Shown piece after piece: positions 51,457 through 64,000 of a stretch of DNA of 64,000 nt. A model generated the notes under the pieces. The model searched no databases and was not told the DNA's origin. It saw nothing but the letters and a program-made list of their open reading frames with translations. The stretch covers positions 62,001-126,000 of the forward strand of contig JAAOMT010000096.1 in assembly GCA_016748015.1 (NCBI GenBank). Direction: 5' to 3'. The DNA comes from Geosiphon pyriformis uo1. Taxonomy: Eukaryota > Fungi > Glomeromycota. The position numbers and the translations under genes were made by a program. The first letter of the stretch is position 1; each line of letters opens with the position of its first letter.

Positions 51457-54016
51457 TGTAGTCCTGGTTGGCTTGAGTAGCTAGTTATATATAGTAAAAG
51501 CATGATTCACATTTAGTATAGATCATTATTTTAATGTATTGTTACTAGGCAGTGTTTGGACTTCACTCATTAAACTTAATAAAAAATAAAATAAAAAAAT
51601 AAAATAAAAAGTTTTATCAAGTTTTAAAGCTAAAATATGTTTTAAAAAAATAAGTTTTTGTTTTCTGTCTGTTTTTTTTTATCTGTTACAACTACTTATT
51701 TTTATATATATTTTTTAATTTTACAAAATTTCTTTTAATTGTTTATTATTACTAGTTATTATTTACTATTTTTATTATTGTTTTGTTTTTTTATATTATA
51801 ATTAATTATTTTATGTTATAACTAATTATTTTGTGCTATTTTATATTATTATGTATTATTTTGTATTATCTTAAGTTATTATATATTATTTTGTACTATT
51901 TTGTATTATTATATTTTTTTATATTATTATGTATTAATTATGTTTTTTTAATAGCTTTAGATTGGTTTTTCTATTTAAGTAATATAATCAATAAATTTAA
52001 AGTTGAAAATAAAGTTTTCTTATATAAAACTAAAACTAAAAAACAATAGAGTAAAAAATTCAATTATAAATAAAATGAATTATTTTATATATACAAAATT
52101 TTAAGAAATAAATTATATAAGTTAAGACTTAATAAAAAAATTTTAAAAAAAGTTGTATATAATGATAAACTAAAACATTATTATTTTAGAACCAATTTTA
52201 AATTTCTAATATTACAAATTAGTACACAATTTTTTTTGATTAATCTTAAAAATATTTTCTAAAACTTAGAATCAATAGTTATTATTAAACAATTTTTAAA
52301 CTTAATTATTTAAAGTTTTAATTTTTTTTATAGTTATTTTTTATATTTTAGAAACAATTATACAAAAACAAAATAAACTGCACAGAAAAACAAAACAAAA
52401 ATAATATAAAAATCTTACATACCAAAAATAATTTTATTTAATTATATTTTTATTATGATTATTTTCTAAAACATTTAACAATTATTCTAAAAATTAATAT
52501 TTTTCTTAAAAATATTACTTAAATTATTTATAACTATTACTAAAAAACATATTAATTACACTTAAACAAAATCTGTTATAATTTTATTTACAATTTTATG
52601 AAATTACTATTTTTATAAAAAAAACACAAAATGTTATTTTAGAATTTACTTACCAAAACTTTTAAAGCAAGCTTTAAGAAAAAATTTAATGTTTATACTT
52701 ATTAATATTTACCAAATATTATAATTTAACAAAAACTTTAATAGTGTTTTAATAAACAAAACAACAAATACATTCTAATTTATAGATATTTTTATATTAA
52801 AAAAACACTTTCTAAAAAAAACTAGAGCTTAAAACAGCAAATTTTATAACTAAAGCTATTTAAAAACAACTTTATAATAAATTTAAAACAACAACCAAAC
52901 CAAAAAAAATCTAATACAAACCTAGAGCAGCTTTTAAACTTTATAATTTATTTTATATTTGTGAAAATATTCTATAAAATCCAATTTTACAATTTTTAAA
53001 AATTTAATATATTAGAAAACTTATAAAACTAAAATTTTAATAATTTTTAGATGAAATTTCTTCAATAATTTTAGATTATTATCTGAAAATTACAAACAAT
53101 ATTTGGATTTTAACAGAGTTTAGTCTTAAAGAAAAAATTATATTACTAGCCAAAATTTAAGATATTATTTAGCATAAAATTATTTCTATAATTCTTATTA
53201 TTAGTTAATATATATTATTATTTTAATTTATTACTTATTATCATATCAAATTATCTGAATTATTATTTAATTAATAATTTAATTTATACAAAACACAAAT
53301 ATAACTAATTTATAATAATTAGATTATATAAATACTTTAATCTATGTAATATTTAAAATTTACCAAAATATTTAACAGTTTATTAAAATAATTTATAGTT
53401 TACAGAAATAACTTGTAGTTTAATGAAATATATTTTTAGTTTACCAAAATATTAAAAAAAAAAATACTAAATTATAAAATAGTATTATAATAAGTTATAT
53501 AAAAGAAAGACTTCTTTTTTCAAAAAAATATATCTTAATTAAAATCAACTTTTTATTAGATATTTTCTTTACAAATTGATTTTAATTAAACTTATTTTTA
53601 AACCTAAATTTAAAACAACTTTCTTAAACATATTTTTCATTTTTTTTTAGTTTATTTTCTTTTTTTCTTTTATTTTTTTTATATTATTGAGTAGTTTACA
53701 GTCGAAATTTTCTATAAAAGAGTTAATTTTTACAACAAAATAACTATACATATTTTTAAAAAACTTACAGACAAAATTTTTCTGTAAAAGAGTTAACTTT
53801 TACTGCAAAATAACTATATAAGTAATTAGTATAGAATTGGCCATTCTATTATAAACTCAACAACATATATAATCTAAAGTATAAATTAGATTATTAAAGA
53901 TTTATTGACTTTTATTAATAGCAAAATTAATAACAAAATAACATTAATAATAACAAAAAAAGTTAGAAAAATCTCTTTAATAATAACAGAAAAGATTAAA
54001 AAAACCTCTAGTAATA

Positions 54017-56586
54017 CCAGCTATTTGGGCTTTGTAAATTAAAAAAATATTATTATTATTATTAACAAATTCTATTTGGTAAAAATGTTTTTGGTTTTAG
54101 ATATCTTTTTTTTTAAAATTAGAAATTTGTAAAGATCTTTTCTAAACTGAAAATAAATTATTAATTGGTCAAAAATAATGTGTATTAGAGTTTTTATAAG
54201 ATTTTTAATAATAAAATAAAGTCCAAATTTTTATATAATTTTGGAAATTCTAGCTTAATAAATTTTCAAAAGCAAAAGTATTCAAAAAATTTTCTGTTAT
54301 TAGTAGTAAAAATTAAAGCTTTATTTAAATTTAAAACAAATTCAATTTTGGCTTTTTTTTTTTGTAAAAACAGAAAAATTGATAACTAATTTATTTATAT
54401 TATAGTTATTATTAATTAAGTTAAAGGAATAAAAAAAGTTTTTTATTGATTAGCTTGTATTCTTATTTTTTAAAAATGTGTTTATTAACTTAAAAACTAA
54501 TAAATAGTGGTTTTAAATAAAAAGTCTTTTTCAAGAAAATTCAGATTAACAAGATTAAGTTTTTAATTAATTATTATTGTTGTTAACTTTGTTGTTATTA
54601 ATTTTGTTGTTCTGATTATTATTATTTTTAAGAGCTAAAGAAAGCAAAAAAAAATTATTGTAATCTTTTGAGAAATATTTAGTTAATTTACAATAATAGC
54701 ATATAGATAGGTTATAATTTTGTTGTTTTTAATTATAAGATAACTATTAAAATTAATTAAAATAAAGTTCAAATCTGGGTTTTTAAAACTGTTAATTTTT
54801 TTTACTATTTGTGTTAATAATTCTAATAGTTAGACAAAATTAATTTTAAATTTGTTTATAAATTGTTTAGCTGAATTTTAAGTTTAAGCAATAAAAAAAA
54901 TAGCAGCTATTTAAGAATCTAAAGCCAAAACAAAGATTAAAAATATAAATTCCAAATGTATTCTTTGGTATTTTCGATTTTTTAAGCAAATTTAACAGTT
55001 ATATTTATTGTAATATTGTTTTTTAAAGCCATAAAGAACCAAAAAACATATAATAAGACAGTTTTTAATTTTTTTATAAAGAAGTAAATCTTCTGTTTTT
55101 TAATCTAATTTCTTTTAATGTTTATTTAATTAATTAATTTTCTTATAATTTTAACATATTCAGTTATAACTTTATCAAAGTTTTGGATTTTTTATGTACT
55201 ATTTAGAAATCAGAATTAAAGTTTTGAATTGAGTTTAAATCGATTATAAAAAAAGTATTTTCTTTTTCAACTTGTATTAATATCTATCTTATAATTTTTT
55301 ATTATTAGTTTTTTATAAAAACCATATAATAAAATTTTTTTGAAAGTAATTATCTATGATTTAAAACTTGTATTCAATATTATATTAGTTGTAATTCTTT
55401 CAAAGTTATCTAATTATTTAATTAAATTTTGTGTATTATTTATAAATAAAAATAATAAAATATTGTTTTTTCACTTTAAAGCAGTTTGTATGTTTTGAAA
55501 AATAGTCAAAATATTTGTTTATATTGGGTTATTAATCATTAATTCTAAAATAGCTGTTTTTGTAAAAAAATTAAATTTATTTAAAATTAGATAATAGTTA
55601 TTTAAAGATAACAGATTATAAAAGCTAATTAATATTGTTGTTTTTTTTTCAAAAAATCTTCAAGATAAGATTGGTTAAAAAAATATATAATGTGGACAAT
55701 TTAGATTTCAGCTAAATATTTATTTATAAATTAGTTCTAAAAGTTTTGAAATTGTTTACTAAATTAATTTTAAATAGAAAGTTAAATTTAATAAAATTTA
55801 TATTATTTTTGTTGTGTATTTTAAAATGTTTTTTGATTATTGTAATAAATATGAATAATTATTTATATAATAAAAAACAAAATAAATTTTTAATAACTTC
55901 ATAGAAAGCACTATTTTTATATTATAAATTAGAATAACAAATTAATAAATAGTAAAAAAACAAAATTGTATAGTAATAAAATAATCAAAAAAAAAATTCA
56001 ATTTCAAAAAATAAATTAAATTAGTATAAATTTAATATATAAAATCAGTTTTATAAATATCTTAATTACTATTTTTTTAAAGAATAACAAAAAAAATTTG
56101 AAAAAAAAAAAAATCTATATTATTAACCAAAAATAATACATTAATATAATTTTATGTTTCATATTGATATTTTTAAAATTCAATATTAGGTATTAATTAT
56201 ACTTTTTAATAATGTTTATTTAATAATTTTTAAGACTTAATAGTTTTAAATAAATACTAACAAGTAAGTTTTTATTCACAAATGTTTAAATACTTAAAAA
56301 AATTGAAAAAAAATAATTAAATTGAAAAAAATTGAATATTTAAAAGTAATTTTTATTATTTTAATTTATATATATTTTATATATTAGAATATGTTTTTTT
56401 AAAGCTAAAAAATATATTATTTATATAGCTATTTAAAATAATTAATTATTAAGTTAATAACTAAGTTAATAATCAGATTATTGATTAAGTTATTAATTAT
56501 TTTATAAAAATAAAGTGGCTAATTATATGATATTAGTAATTAATATATGTAATAATTAATAAAAACTATGATTTTTAATTATAATA
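54017..56586 (-). mobile_element. Decayed family B copy B2 (5' LTR 55920-56586, PBS, uninterrupted gag, start of protease)
   Basis: Collinear with 188-1370 plus 11197-12742; truncated by the 3' LTR of A3. Confidence 0.85.
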
Positions 56587-56699
56587 ATAATATATTTGTG
56601 ATTTTAAAAAACAATTTTAAAAAATATTCTAATTTAAAGTTATTTAACTTTTTTGTTGTAATTTAATAATAAAAATTCTAACATAATATAATTTTAGAC

Positions 56700-57060
56700 T
56701 CAAAATTAACAGCTTAATTTTTTATTATTTTTAACAAATATATTATTTTTTTTGAAAAAAAATTCAAAAGCTTTTGAATAAAAACTGGTTTTAACTTAAT
56801 ATTAAGCAAAAAACCACTTTTTTTCAATTTTGTTTGAAGTTTTAAATTGGGTAACCAAACCTTATTTCTGTAATTAATAATTAGATTACATATAAAATTA
56901 ATTAAATAAGAAGTGACCAACTTAATCTTTTTAAAAACAAATATAATTTTAGCCAGCCAAGATTCAAACATAAAGCTTTTGCTCAAAACCAGATATAAAT
57001 TAACATTAATGACACTAAAATATAATAATTAAAGCACAAAAGATAATAACAAATTTGTAT
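56700..57060 (-). pseudogene. Decayed LINE ORF2 C-terminal fragment
   Basis: SKSFMFESW..IFVFK..K....INFICNL...RNKVWL....K..G resembles CKSFVFSGW..SVFKDPK..IVNFVCEL..FWLVR in the other LINEs. Confidence 0.6.
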
Positions 57061-57560
57061 TGGTTAAAAATTTTTAAAGCTTAAAATAATCAATTAACAA
57101 ATTTCTATTATTTTATATAAAATTGTTAATAAAAATTATTAAAAATATAAGTTTAAAAATATTAATATTATTAAATAAAATCATTTCAAAGATTTCTTTT
57201 TCTTAATAGCTGTGGCTGTAACTAAATTTTTTAACAAGTTACAACAAATAATAATCTTGATAATATGTGAATTTTCTTATAAATATTTTGTGTTTATTAA
57301 TTGATAAAATTTTTAAAAAATTGTGAACCAGAAATTTTAATAATAATAAAAATAAAAATAAACAGTCATTTAAGTTTTATAAGCTAGAAATTTTGGTATT
57401 TAAATTGTCAAAAAATTGAAAAAAAGATTAAATGCCAAGCTTAAACAATTTTTAAATACTTGGTTGTTTGTTGATAGAGCTAAGACTTCTATAATTTAGA
57501 ATATATTGAATGTTGACTCATGTATTAAAAAGGGTTATAAGATTTTTAAATATTATGAGT

Positions 57561-58483
57561 TGTTACCAGCTGAAAAATGAATGAAAATTAGCATGAAATT
57601 ATCCTTATAATCCCTATTATTCACTATTATATATTAGTTAAATCACATTTTATTATTAATTATTTTATTATCATTTTACGAAATTATTGATCATCCATAT
57701 CTCAATTAATTACAAGTACACAAATGTAACTAAATTTGATGATCAAATATGCAATACCCCGAATTCTGTGACAGAAATCCACGAATTTTGCAATAATTCA
57801 CTGAAATATGAAGAGTTTGCTGAAAAGTCATAATTAGTTCTAGGAAATTCATAGAAATAAGTGCAAAGAAAAGAGTGCTAGAACTTGAGTAAGTACTACT
57901 CAAAGATGTATAAAAGAAGAGCTTCTCTCTTCAAGAAAATGTATCTTAACATCTAATAGTCTTAGAATTAGATAACAAGTTACAAATCAAACAAAAATAA
58001 AAATATTCTTTTGAAAAACCCAAAATTCTTAAATATTCTTTTGAAATTTTATAACATTCGAAACTAATACTTTGAAATTGACTAGCTACTAATTTCAATA
58101 GTTCATTTAGTTTCCCACTCAGGCCTAAGCAGAATTCATGCAACAAAATTATCTCTAATTATTATAAAACCGCATTTTCGATTTTTCTATTTTTCTTGTA
58201 ATTTATCACGAATTATTGAGAACCTACAGTTAGAAAGATACTGTAGAAGTGTTGAATTTCACAGCGAAGTAACTGCATAACCTATTGAAGAAGCCTGTAG
58301 TCGAGGGATTCCTACAGAAGAGTTGACTTTTAATAACAAAGTAACTACAGAGAATAATTGGCATGGAATTGGCCATTCCATCATAAGCCCAACAACATAA
58401 ACGGTTTCCAAAGTATAAGGAATACTTTGAAGAAAATTTAGCATTAACAACAACAAAGAAAGTGAGAAAAACTATCGGTAACA
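57561..58483 (+). repeat. Solo LTR, divergent relative of family A
   Basis: TGTTACCAG...TCGGTAACA, TSD GAGT/AAGT; shares the TATA block, double-hairpin modules and GGAATTGGCCATTC block. Confidence 0.9.
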
Positions 58484-58784
58484 AAGTCATATATAACTGA
58501 AACTTCTAATATTAGAGCAATTATTAAAAAATATATAAACAATTTTGTTAATAATAAAGATTGTATAATTAAGAATATTTTAGAGTATTCTTTTTGTAAA
58601 GTTGTTTTAAATTATTTATTTACTAATAATAAGCTCATTCTTAAATCCAATAAAATTGAATCTAAGATTAATAAGATTATAAAAAATTAAACCAAAAAGA
58701 GGATAGTATTAGATAATATTCCAAATTTTTGGTAGTATTAATATGTTTTTTTAGAATATGTAAATAATAGTGTTTTTAGTAGTA

Positions 58785-61096
58785 AAGTCAAACCTAAGAT
58801 AACTTATACCCTTGGTGAATACAAATTGCTATGAATTATTACAGGTTATGAGTTTTCTCAAGTTTAAATATATATAGTATACATATAATAAAAATAGATA
58901 TAATATTAATAAAAAATAAATTTATTTGCATATTCTTATAAAAATCTTTAAATAGCTTATGGAATATTAAAAAAACTTGTAAAAATTGTTTGTTTTTGTT
59001 TATCTTGTATTCTCTTATGAAGTATATATTTAACATAAGCAAGCTTATTAACTGTATCATAAAATTCCTTCCTATTTTCAAGCTTTATAAACTGTTCAAG
59101 ATTTGTAATAATAGTTAGTGCATTCTTAATATTTATTACTTTCTGTATCTTTTGTTTTTTATTAGAGCTATCATACTTTGTTTTACAATTTATTATAATA
59201 TAATTTGCAATCTTATAATTATTCAGATGTTTCAAAGTAATTATATCATTTTTCTTAGATAAATTTACCAACTCTTTAATTAATAAGTATGTACAATTTA
59301 ACTGTATGTAATTGAATTTTTTGTAACAATTTTTAATCTTTTTTAATACTATTTCTTAATTATAATTAGCTATTATTTCCAAGTTTGCAGTTTTATTCTG
59401 AAAGTTGTTATTTGTATTGATTAAAAAAATATCAACTTTGTGTCAATAATAAGTGATTTTTTTATTTAAAACATTTTTTTATGTCCTATAAATTAGATGT
59501 ATTGTTTAAAATTGGTTAATTACATAAATGTTATTAGCACTATTATCAAAAAAATTTAATATATAATAAAAAAATAACAATAATAACGTGTTTTAAAACA
59601 ATAAATAATTTTAGTATTTATAAACTAAATATGTACTATCAAGTTAAGTTTATAATAAATTTTATATTATAGTTAAAACCAATAAATTGTTTACTAATAA
59701 CAATATATTTTAGTTTTTTTTATACAACTAATAGTTCTAATTAACAAACTACTCTCAAAAAATATTATTAGTCATTTAAGCATAAGTATTTGAATAATAC
59801 TGAAAATCAAATTGTTTTTTGTTTTTTATTAAAAACAACATGAATATTTAACATAACTAATAATAAATAATAACAAATGCTCAGTTCTATTAGCATTAAT
59901 TGTAAAAACAAGTATCAATTGTATTTTTGATTATTTAGTGCCATGATTTAATATTATAACAAGAAGTATTATTATATATATTTATTTATTTTTAATATAT
60001 TTAATATTAGTTAATAATATATTATTATAAAAGTAAAATAAATGCAATTTAATATAGTTTTTAAAGTTCTTAAGCCAGTTATTAAATAGTTTTTGGTGCT
60101 TATTTTTTAAAATATTTAATTAATTATAGAACTTTATACCAATAGTTTGAATTATATCTTTAATAAGTATTATTTTATATAATTTTTTTTTGTACAAAAA
60201 TAACAAATGCTTTATTAAAATTAGAATTATATGTTGTATATATTTATTTGTTAATCAAATTATGTATTATATTTACTTGTGCATAAAAATTTAATTCATC
60301 TTTAATTTAAGCTAAAACTAAAGACTATTTTATATATAAAAAACTGTTTTTTTTAAAGTGTTTTGTAGTTTTTAATTGGGTTTTATTATTTTTATAATAC
60401 TAATTAGATATTATAAACTTATAATAAAGTATAGTATTTTTACAACTTTGTAAAATACAAACTGAAAAAATATCATGCTTTTTGTTAATAAATATAATAG
60501 AATTAAAAAAGAAAAGAAAAGTATAATTAGAACTTTAATCAAATAAAACTAATCCAAAATTTTGATTTAATTATTCACATAATTGATAATAATTTAAAAC
60601 TTGAAACAATTCAAAACTATAATTTGATTATTTATACAATTAATAATAATTTAAAACTTAAAACAATTTGAAATTTTGATTTAATTACTTATAAAATTAG
60701 TAATAATTTAAAACTTAAGATAATTCAAAACTTTAACTTGATTATTCACACAATTGATAATAATTTAAAACTTAAAATAATTTGAAACTCTGATTTAATT
60801 ATTTACACGATTAATGATTATTTTATTAAATAAGTAATGTTATATTATTATATAGTATTTTTAGTTATAAAAATATTGGTTTGCTTTACTGTAATTTTAT
60901 CAAAATTAGCAGAATTTAAATTAAATTTAGCATCTAAGATAACTTATACTGACAGTAAAAAGTTATAAGTTATTAAGTATTACAAGTATAAATTATAAAT
61001 ATAAAATTTTTTAACTATTAAATTAGTAAATTTAAAATACTATAATTTATTACAAATTATAAGTTATCTTAGTATAAATTATCTCAAATTTGACTG
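58785..61096 (-). mobile_element. Decayed pogo/Tigger-type (Tc1/mariner superfamily) DNA transposon
   Basis: TIRs TA|AAGTCAAACCTAAGATAACTTATAC and (reverse complement) TA|CAGTCAAATTTGAGATAATTTATAC, with TA TSD. Minus-strand remnants HGTK.SK...FTINANRTE and YYSN.YA(W)MT..IF are typical of DDE_1 transposases; C-terminus in ORF 58957..59271. Confidence 0.75.
60552..60820 (+). repeat. 57-bp minisatellite, about 4.7 copies, inside the pogo-like element
   Basis: AATTTAAAAC recurs at 60591, 60648, 60705 and 60762. Confidence 0.9.
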
Positions 61097-62658
61097 TATT
61101 ATAATTTAGATTAAATAAAATAAATTATTGTTAATTATAAAAAATTTTTTTAATAACAAAATAGTAAATTTGTTTAATATTTTTAATAAATTTAAAAACA
61201 CTATAATAATATTATTATTGGTTTATTATTAAATTTATTAAATATATATTTATTAAATAAGTTATTATTTATTATTTAAAAAAAAATTTGGGTTTTGATG
61301 ATTTTTATACTTTCTAAATAAGATAATATTTTTATTAATATTTAATTTATTATCTTAATAAAAACTGATAAAAATTTTTTTTAAAGATTTTATTTAACTA
61401 AAGTTTTTTAATATATAATAAATTTAATGTTTTTTATAGTAATAACTTTTTTGTTTTAAAAAAAACTTTTATCTAATTTTCTATATTTGTTGTAAACTTA
61501 ATGATTAAAGTTATTTTTTTTAAAAAAATCTGGTTGGTCTTACAAAATATATACAAAACATATAATTTTATAAACTAATCTTATTTAAAAGTAATTTAAC
61601 TTATATTTAAAGTTTATTAAATTTTTTAGTAATATTCACAATAATAAAACCAATAAAATTATAATAAATTTTGGCTTAACAAATAATTACAAAATTATAA
61701 TAATTTTAATTAAAATAAAATCTTTTTACTTTTGTTTTAAAGAATTTTTTTATATAAAATTAAAAAACAAAACCATTTATACAATTATAAAATTTATTAT
61801 AAAAACTAATAAACAAAATTTAAAACTGGTTTAACTTTTTAGCTGTTAAAACTTTTGTCAATAATATAATTTAAATTAGTTGTTTTTAAGCTATTTTACA
61901 ATATATTTTGAATATTATTAATAATTTTTTTAATTTAATAATATTTTAATAAATAATAAAAAACAATAATTATTTTTATTAATTATTAAGTTAAAAAGCT
62001 TATTTAAAACATAAGTAAAGCACTTATTTTTATTGTTAAAAAAAAATATATAAATATTTCGAAATTTTTTGTTAATTAATAATTTGTTTAAATTTAATTT
62101 AAAAAAAAAAACATAGTTTAATATTAAGTTATTTACAAATATGATTTTTAAAAACACTATTTTAAATAAATAATTTTGTTTTAAGTTTTAACAGTTTTGT
62201 AGTTAATTAATTATAAAATTTAATTTAATTTATATTTAAGAATATTTACATAAAATAGAATTTAATTATTAAGAAAAGATTAAAATTTAAAACCAATCTA
62301 CTTAAAAATTTTTAATAAGACAATTTATTATTTTTTATTATATAATTTCAAATTATATAAACATATTCAATTAAAAAAAAATTGGCCAGTATAATTATTT
62401 ATATTAATATAAATCATATTCTTAAAAAAATTTTTAATTATAAAATAATAGATTTATAAATTATAAATTAAATATTATAATATCTATTATAGTTTTCTAT
62501 TAAGTTGTTTATTAATTTTGTAAACAATTTTTTGGCTAATATAATTGGTATTTTTTAAAATACAATTTGTTTTTAACAAATAATTTGTTTTATGCTTTAT
62601 GTTTTAAAAATAAAATTTTAATTTTAGATATATTAAATTATTTAAATTATTATAATAT

Positions 62659-63389
62659 TGTTATAAATTGGAGTAATAAATTAATAGCAAAGTAAAACAA
62701 AATTGTATAGTAATAAAAATAATTAAAAAAGAATTTAACTTTAAAGAATAAATTAAATTGATATAAATTCAATATATAAGATTAGTTTTATAAATATTTT
62801 AGTTGCTATAATAAAAAAATTTAAAAATAGAGAAATAGTTTATACTGTTAACAAAAAATAATGCATTAATATAATTTTATGTCTTATATTAGCATTTTTA
62901 AAATTTAATATTAAATATTAATTGTATTTTTTAGTATTATTTATTCAATAATCTTTAAAATTAACAATTATAAGTGAATATTAACAAGTAATTTTTTATT
63001 ATAAAAATATTTAAATACTTAAAGAAAATCGAAAAAGAAAAATAAGCAAATTAAAAAGGATTGAATATTTTAAGAAATAATTTTTATTACTTTGATTTAT
63101 ATATATTTTGTATATATAAACATATTTTTCTAAAGCTAAAAAATATATTATTTATATAATTATTAAAAGTAATCAATAACCAAATTAATAACCAAATTAA
63201 TAATCAAGTTATTAATTAGGCTAATAATTAAATTATTGATTAAGTTAATAATTAAGTTAATAATTAAGTTAATAACTAAGTTATTGATCAAGTTAGCAAT
63301 TATTTTCTAAAAATAGAGTGGCTAACTATATAATATTAATGACTAATACATATAATAATTAATAAAAACTATGGCTTTTAATTATAATA
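62659..63389 (-). repeat. Solo LTR family B (decayed) with expanded 12-bp array
   Basis: Collinear with 12075-12742; TSD ATAT on both sides. Confidence 0.85.
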
Positions 63390-64000
63390 ATATAATTAGA
63401 TTTTTAAAAAATTTAATTTTACTTTTATTAATTAGTTTTTAAATTGTTATAAGTTATGTTTTATTTATTTTATTGTTAAAAAAGATTAAATTTTAAAAAT
63501 TTAATATGTTTAATTTAATTTTATTGTTGTATTTATTAATAAAAAATTTTTTATTAATTAACATATTTTAATGTTTTTTGCTAATTTATATTTTTGTTTA
63601 TTTAAGCTTAATAATTATAAAATGACCAAGAAATACTTAATAAATATTAGTTTAAATATTATTATTATTATGTATACTAATAGTTTAATTAAAAATTTAA
63701 GCTTTTATAATAATATTATTAATGTTTTTGCTTGGTTTTGAAATAAATATAAGTATTTATAATTATTTTTTGTTTATATTAATTAAATTGCAAATAATTG
63801 TTTTAATTTTAAACTATGTTTTAATATAAAATATAGTTTTAATTAATTTAAATAGTTAAACTTTTTTGAATATATATAATTTAAACTTAAATATTATTAG
63901 TTTTAATTTTTACAATAATTATTAAATTTAATATAGTTATATTAATAATACTATTATAAATAAAATTAAAAATTACTTTAATATTATTATTTATAATTAT

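Larger units (their letters stand above)
44781..51610 (+). mobile_element. Full-length LINE with RNase H, pseudogenised
   Basis: 5' ACTTCTTTC motif, ORF1, ORF2, conserved 3' UTR and A-rich tail 51578-51610. Confidence 0.93.
41484..51984. mobile_element. Non-coding foldback / long-TIR element (~2 kb net) split by solo LTR A, solo LTR B and a LINE
   Basis: Reconstructed left end TGTTACCCAA|GTAGAAAAACCGATCC matches the reverse complement of the right end (TATTACTTAAATAGAAAAACCAATCT). The arms match for ~300 bp, and an inner inverted repeat pairs 43680-44055 with 44195-44580. Confidence 0.7.
26171..54016 (+). mobile_element. Old decayed family A copy A3 in three pieces (26171-28240, 38429-41415, 51985-54016 including 3' LTR 53141-54016)
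   Basis: Pieces are collinear with A4. The dUTPase is broken at 28240 and resumes at 38429. The integrase C-terminus is broken at ~41415 and resumes at ~51988 (NKFKVENKVFLYKTK). The 5' LTR and most of gag are missing. Confidence 0.82.

Noticed and set aside
60552-60820. CRISPR-like regular repeats
   Set aside because: Head-to-tail 57-bp units with no unique spacers and no cas genes; eukaryotic transposon context.
61100-64000. Short ORFs and possible further element remnants in the extremely AT-rich tail
   Set aside because: Apart from the solo LTR B, the sequence is too eroded to assign. ORFs such as 61930..62157 are low-complexity F/L/I/K/N artefacts.

Overview
Very AT-rich, eukaryotic, transposon-only window with no recognisable host gene. 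The element proteins resemble repeats I associate with Glomeromycota (arbuscular-mycorrhizal-lineage) fungi; this is an inference. It is a deep nest of insertions. (1) An unusual Ty3/Gypsy family ('A') has two full-length copies (1375-11192 minus, 28241-38424 plus), two old decayed copies and solo LTRs. It encodes one in-frame Gag-PR-Cys-rich-dUTPase-RT-RNaseH polyprotein, a separate integrase ORF with its own ATG, and a third ORF running into the 3' LTR. Its LTRs carry a duplicated, covarying double-hairpin module. (2) A second Gypsy family ('B') has two partial copies and three solo LTRs with a variable 12-bp array. (3) There is one solo LTR of a third family. (4) LINEs with ORF1 and APE-RT-RNaseH-CCHC ORF2 occur as two full-length and two partial copies. 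(5) A ~2 kb non-coding foldback element was split by three later insertions. (6) A decayed pogo-type DNA transposon lies near the end. All coding regions except the ORF3 of the plus copy carry stop codons from C>T/G>A transitions, and decay increases with nesting depth.
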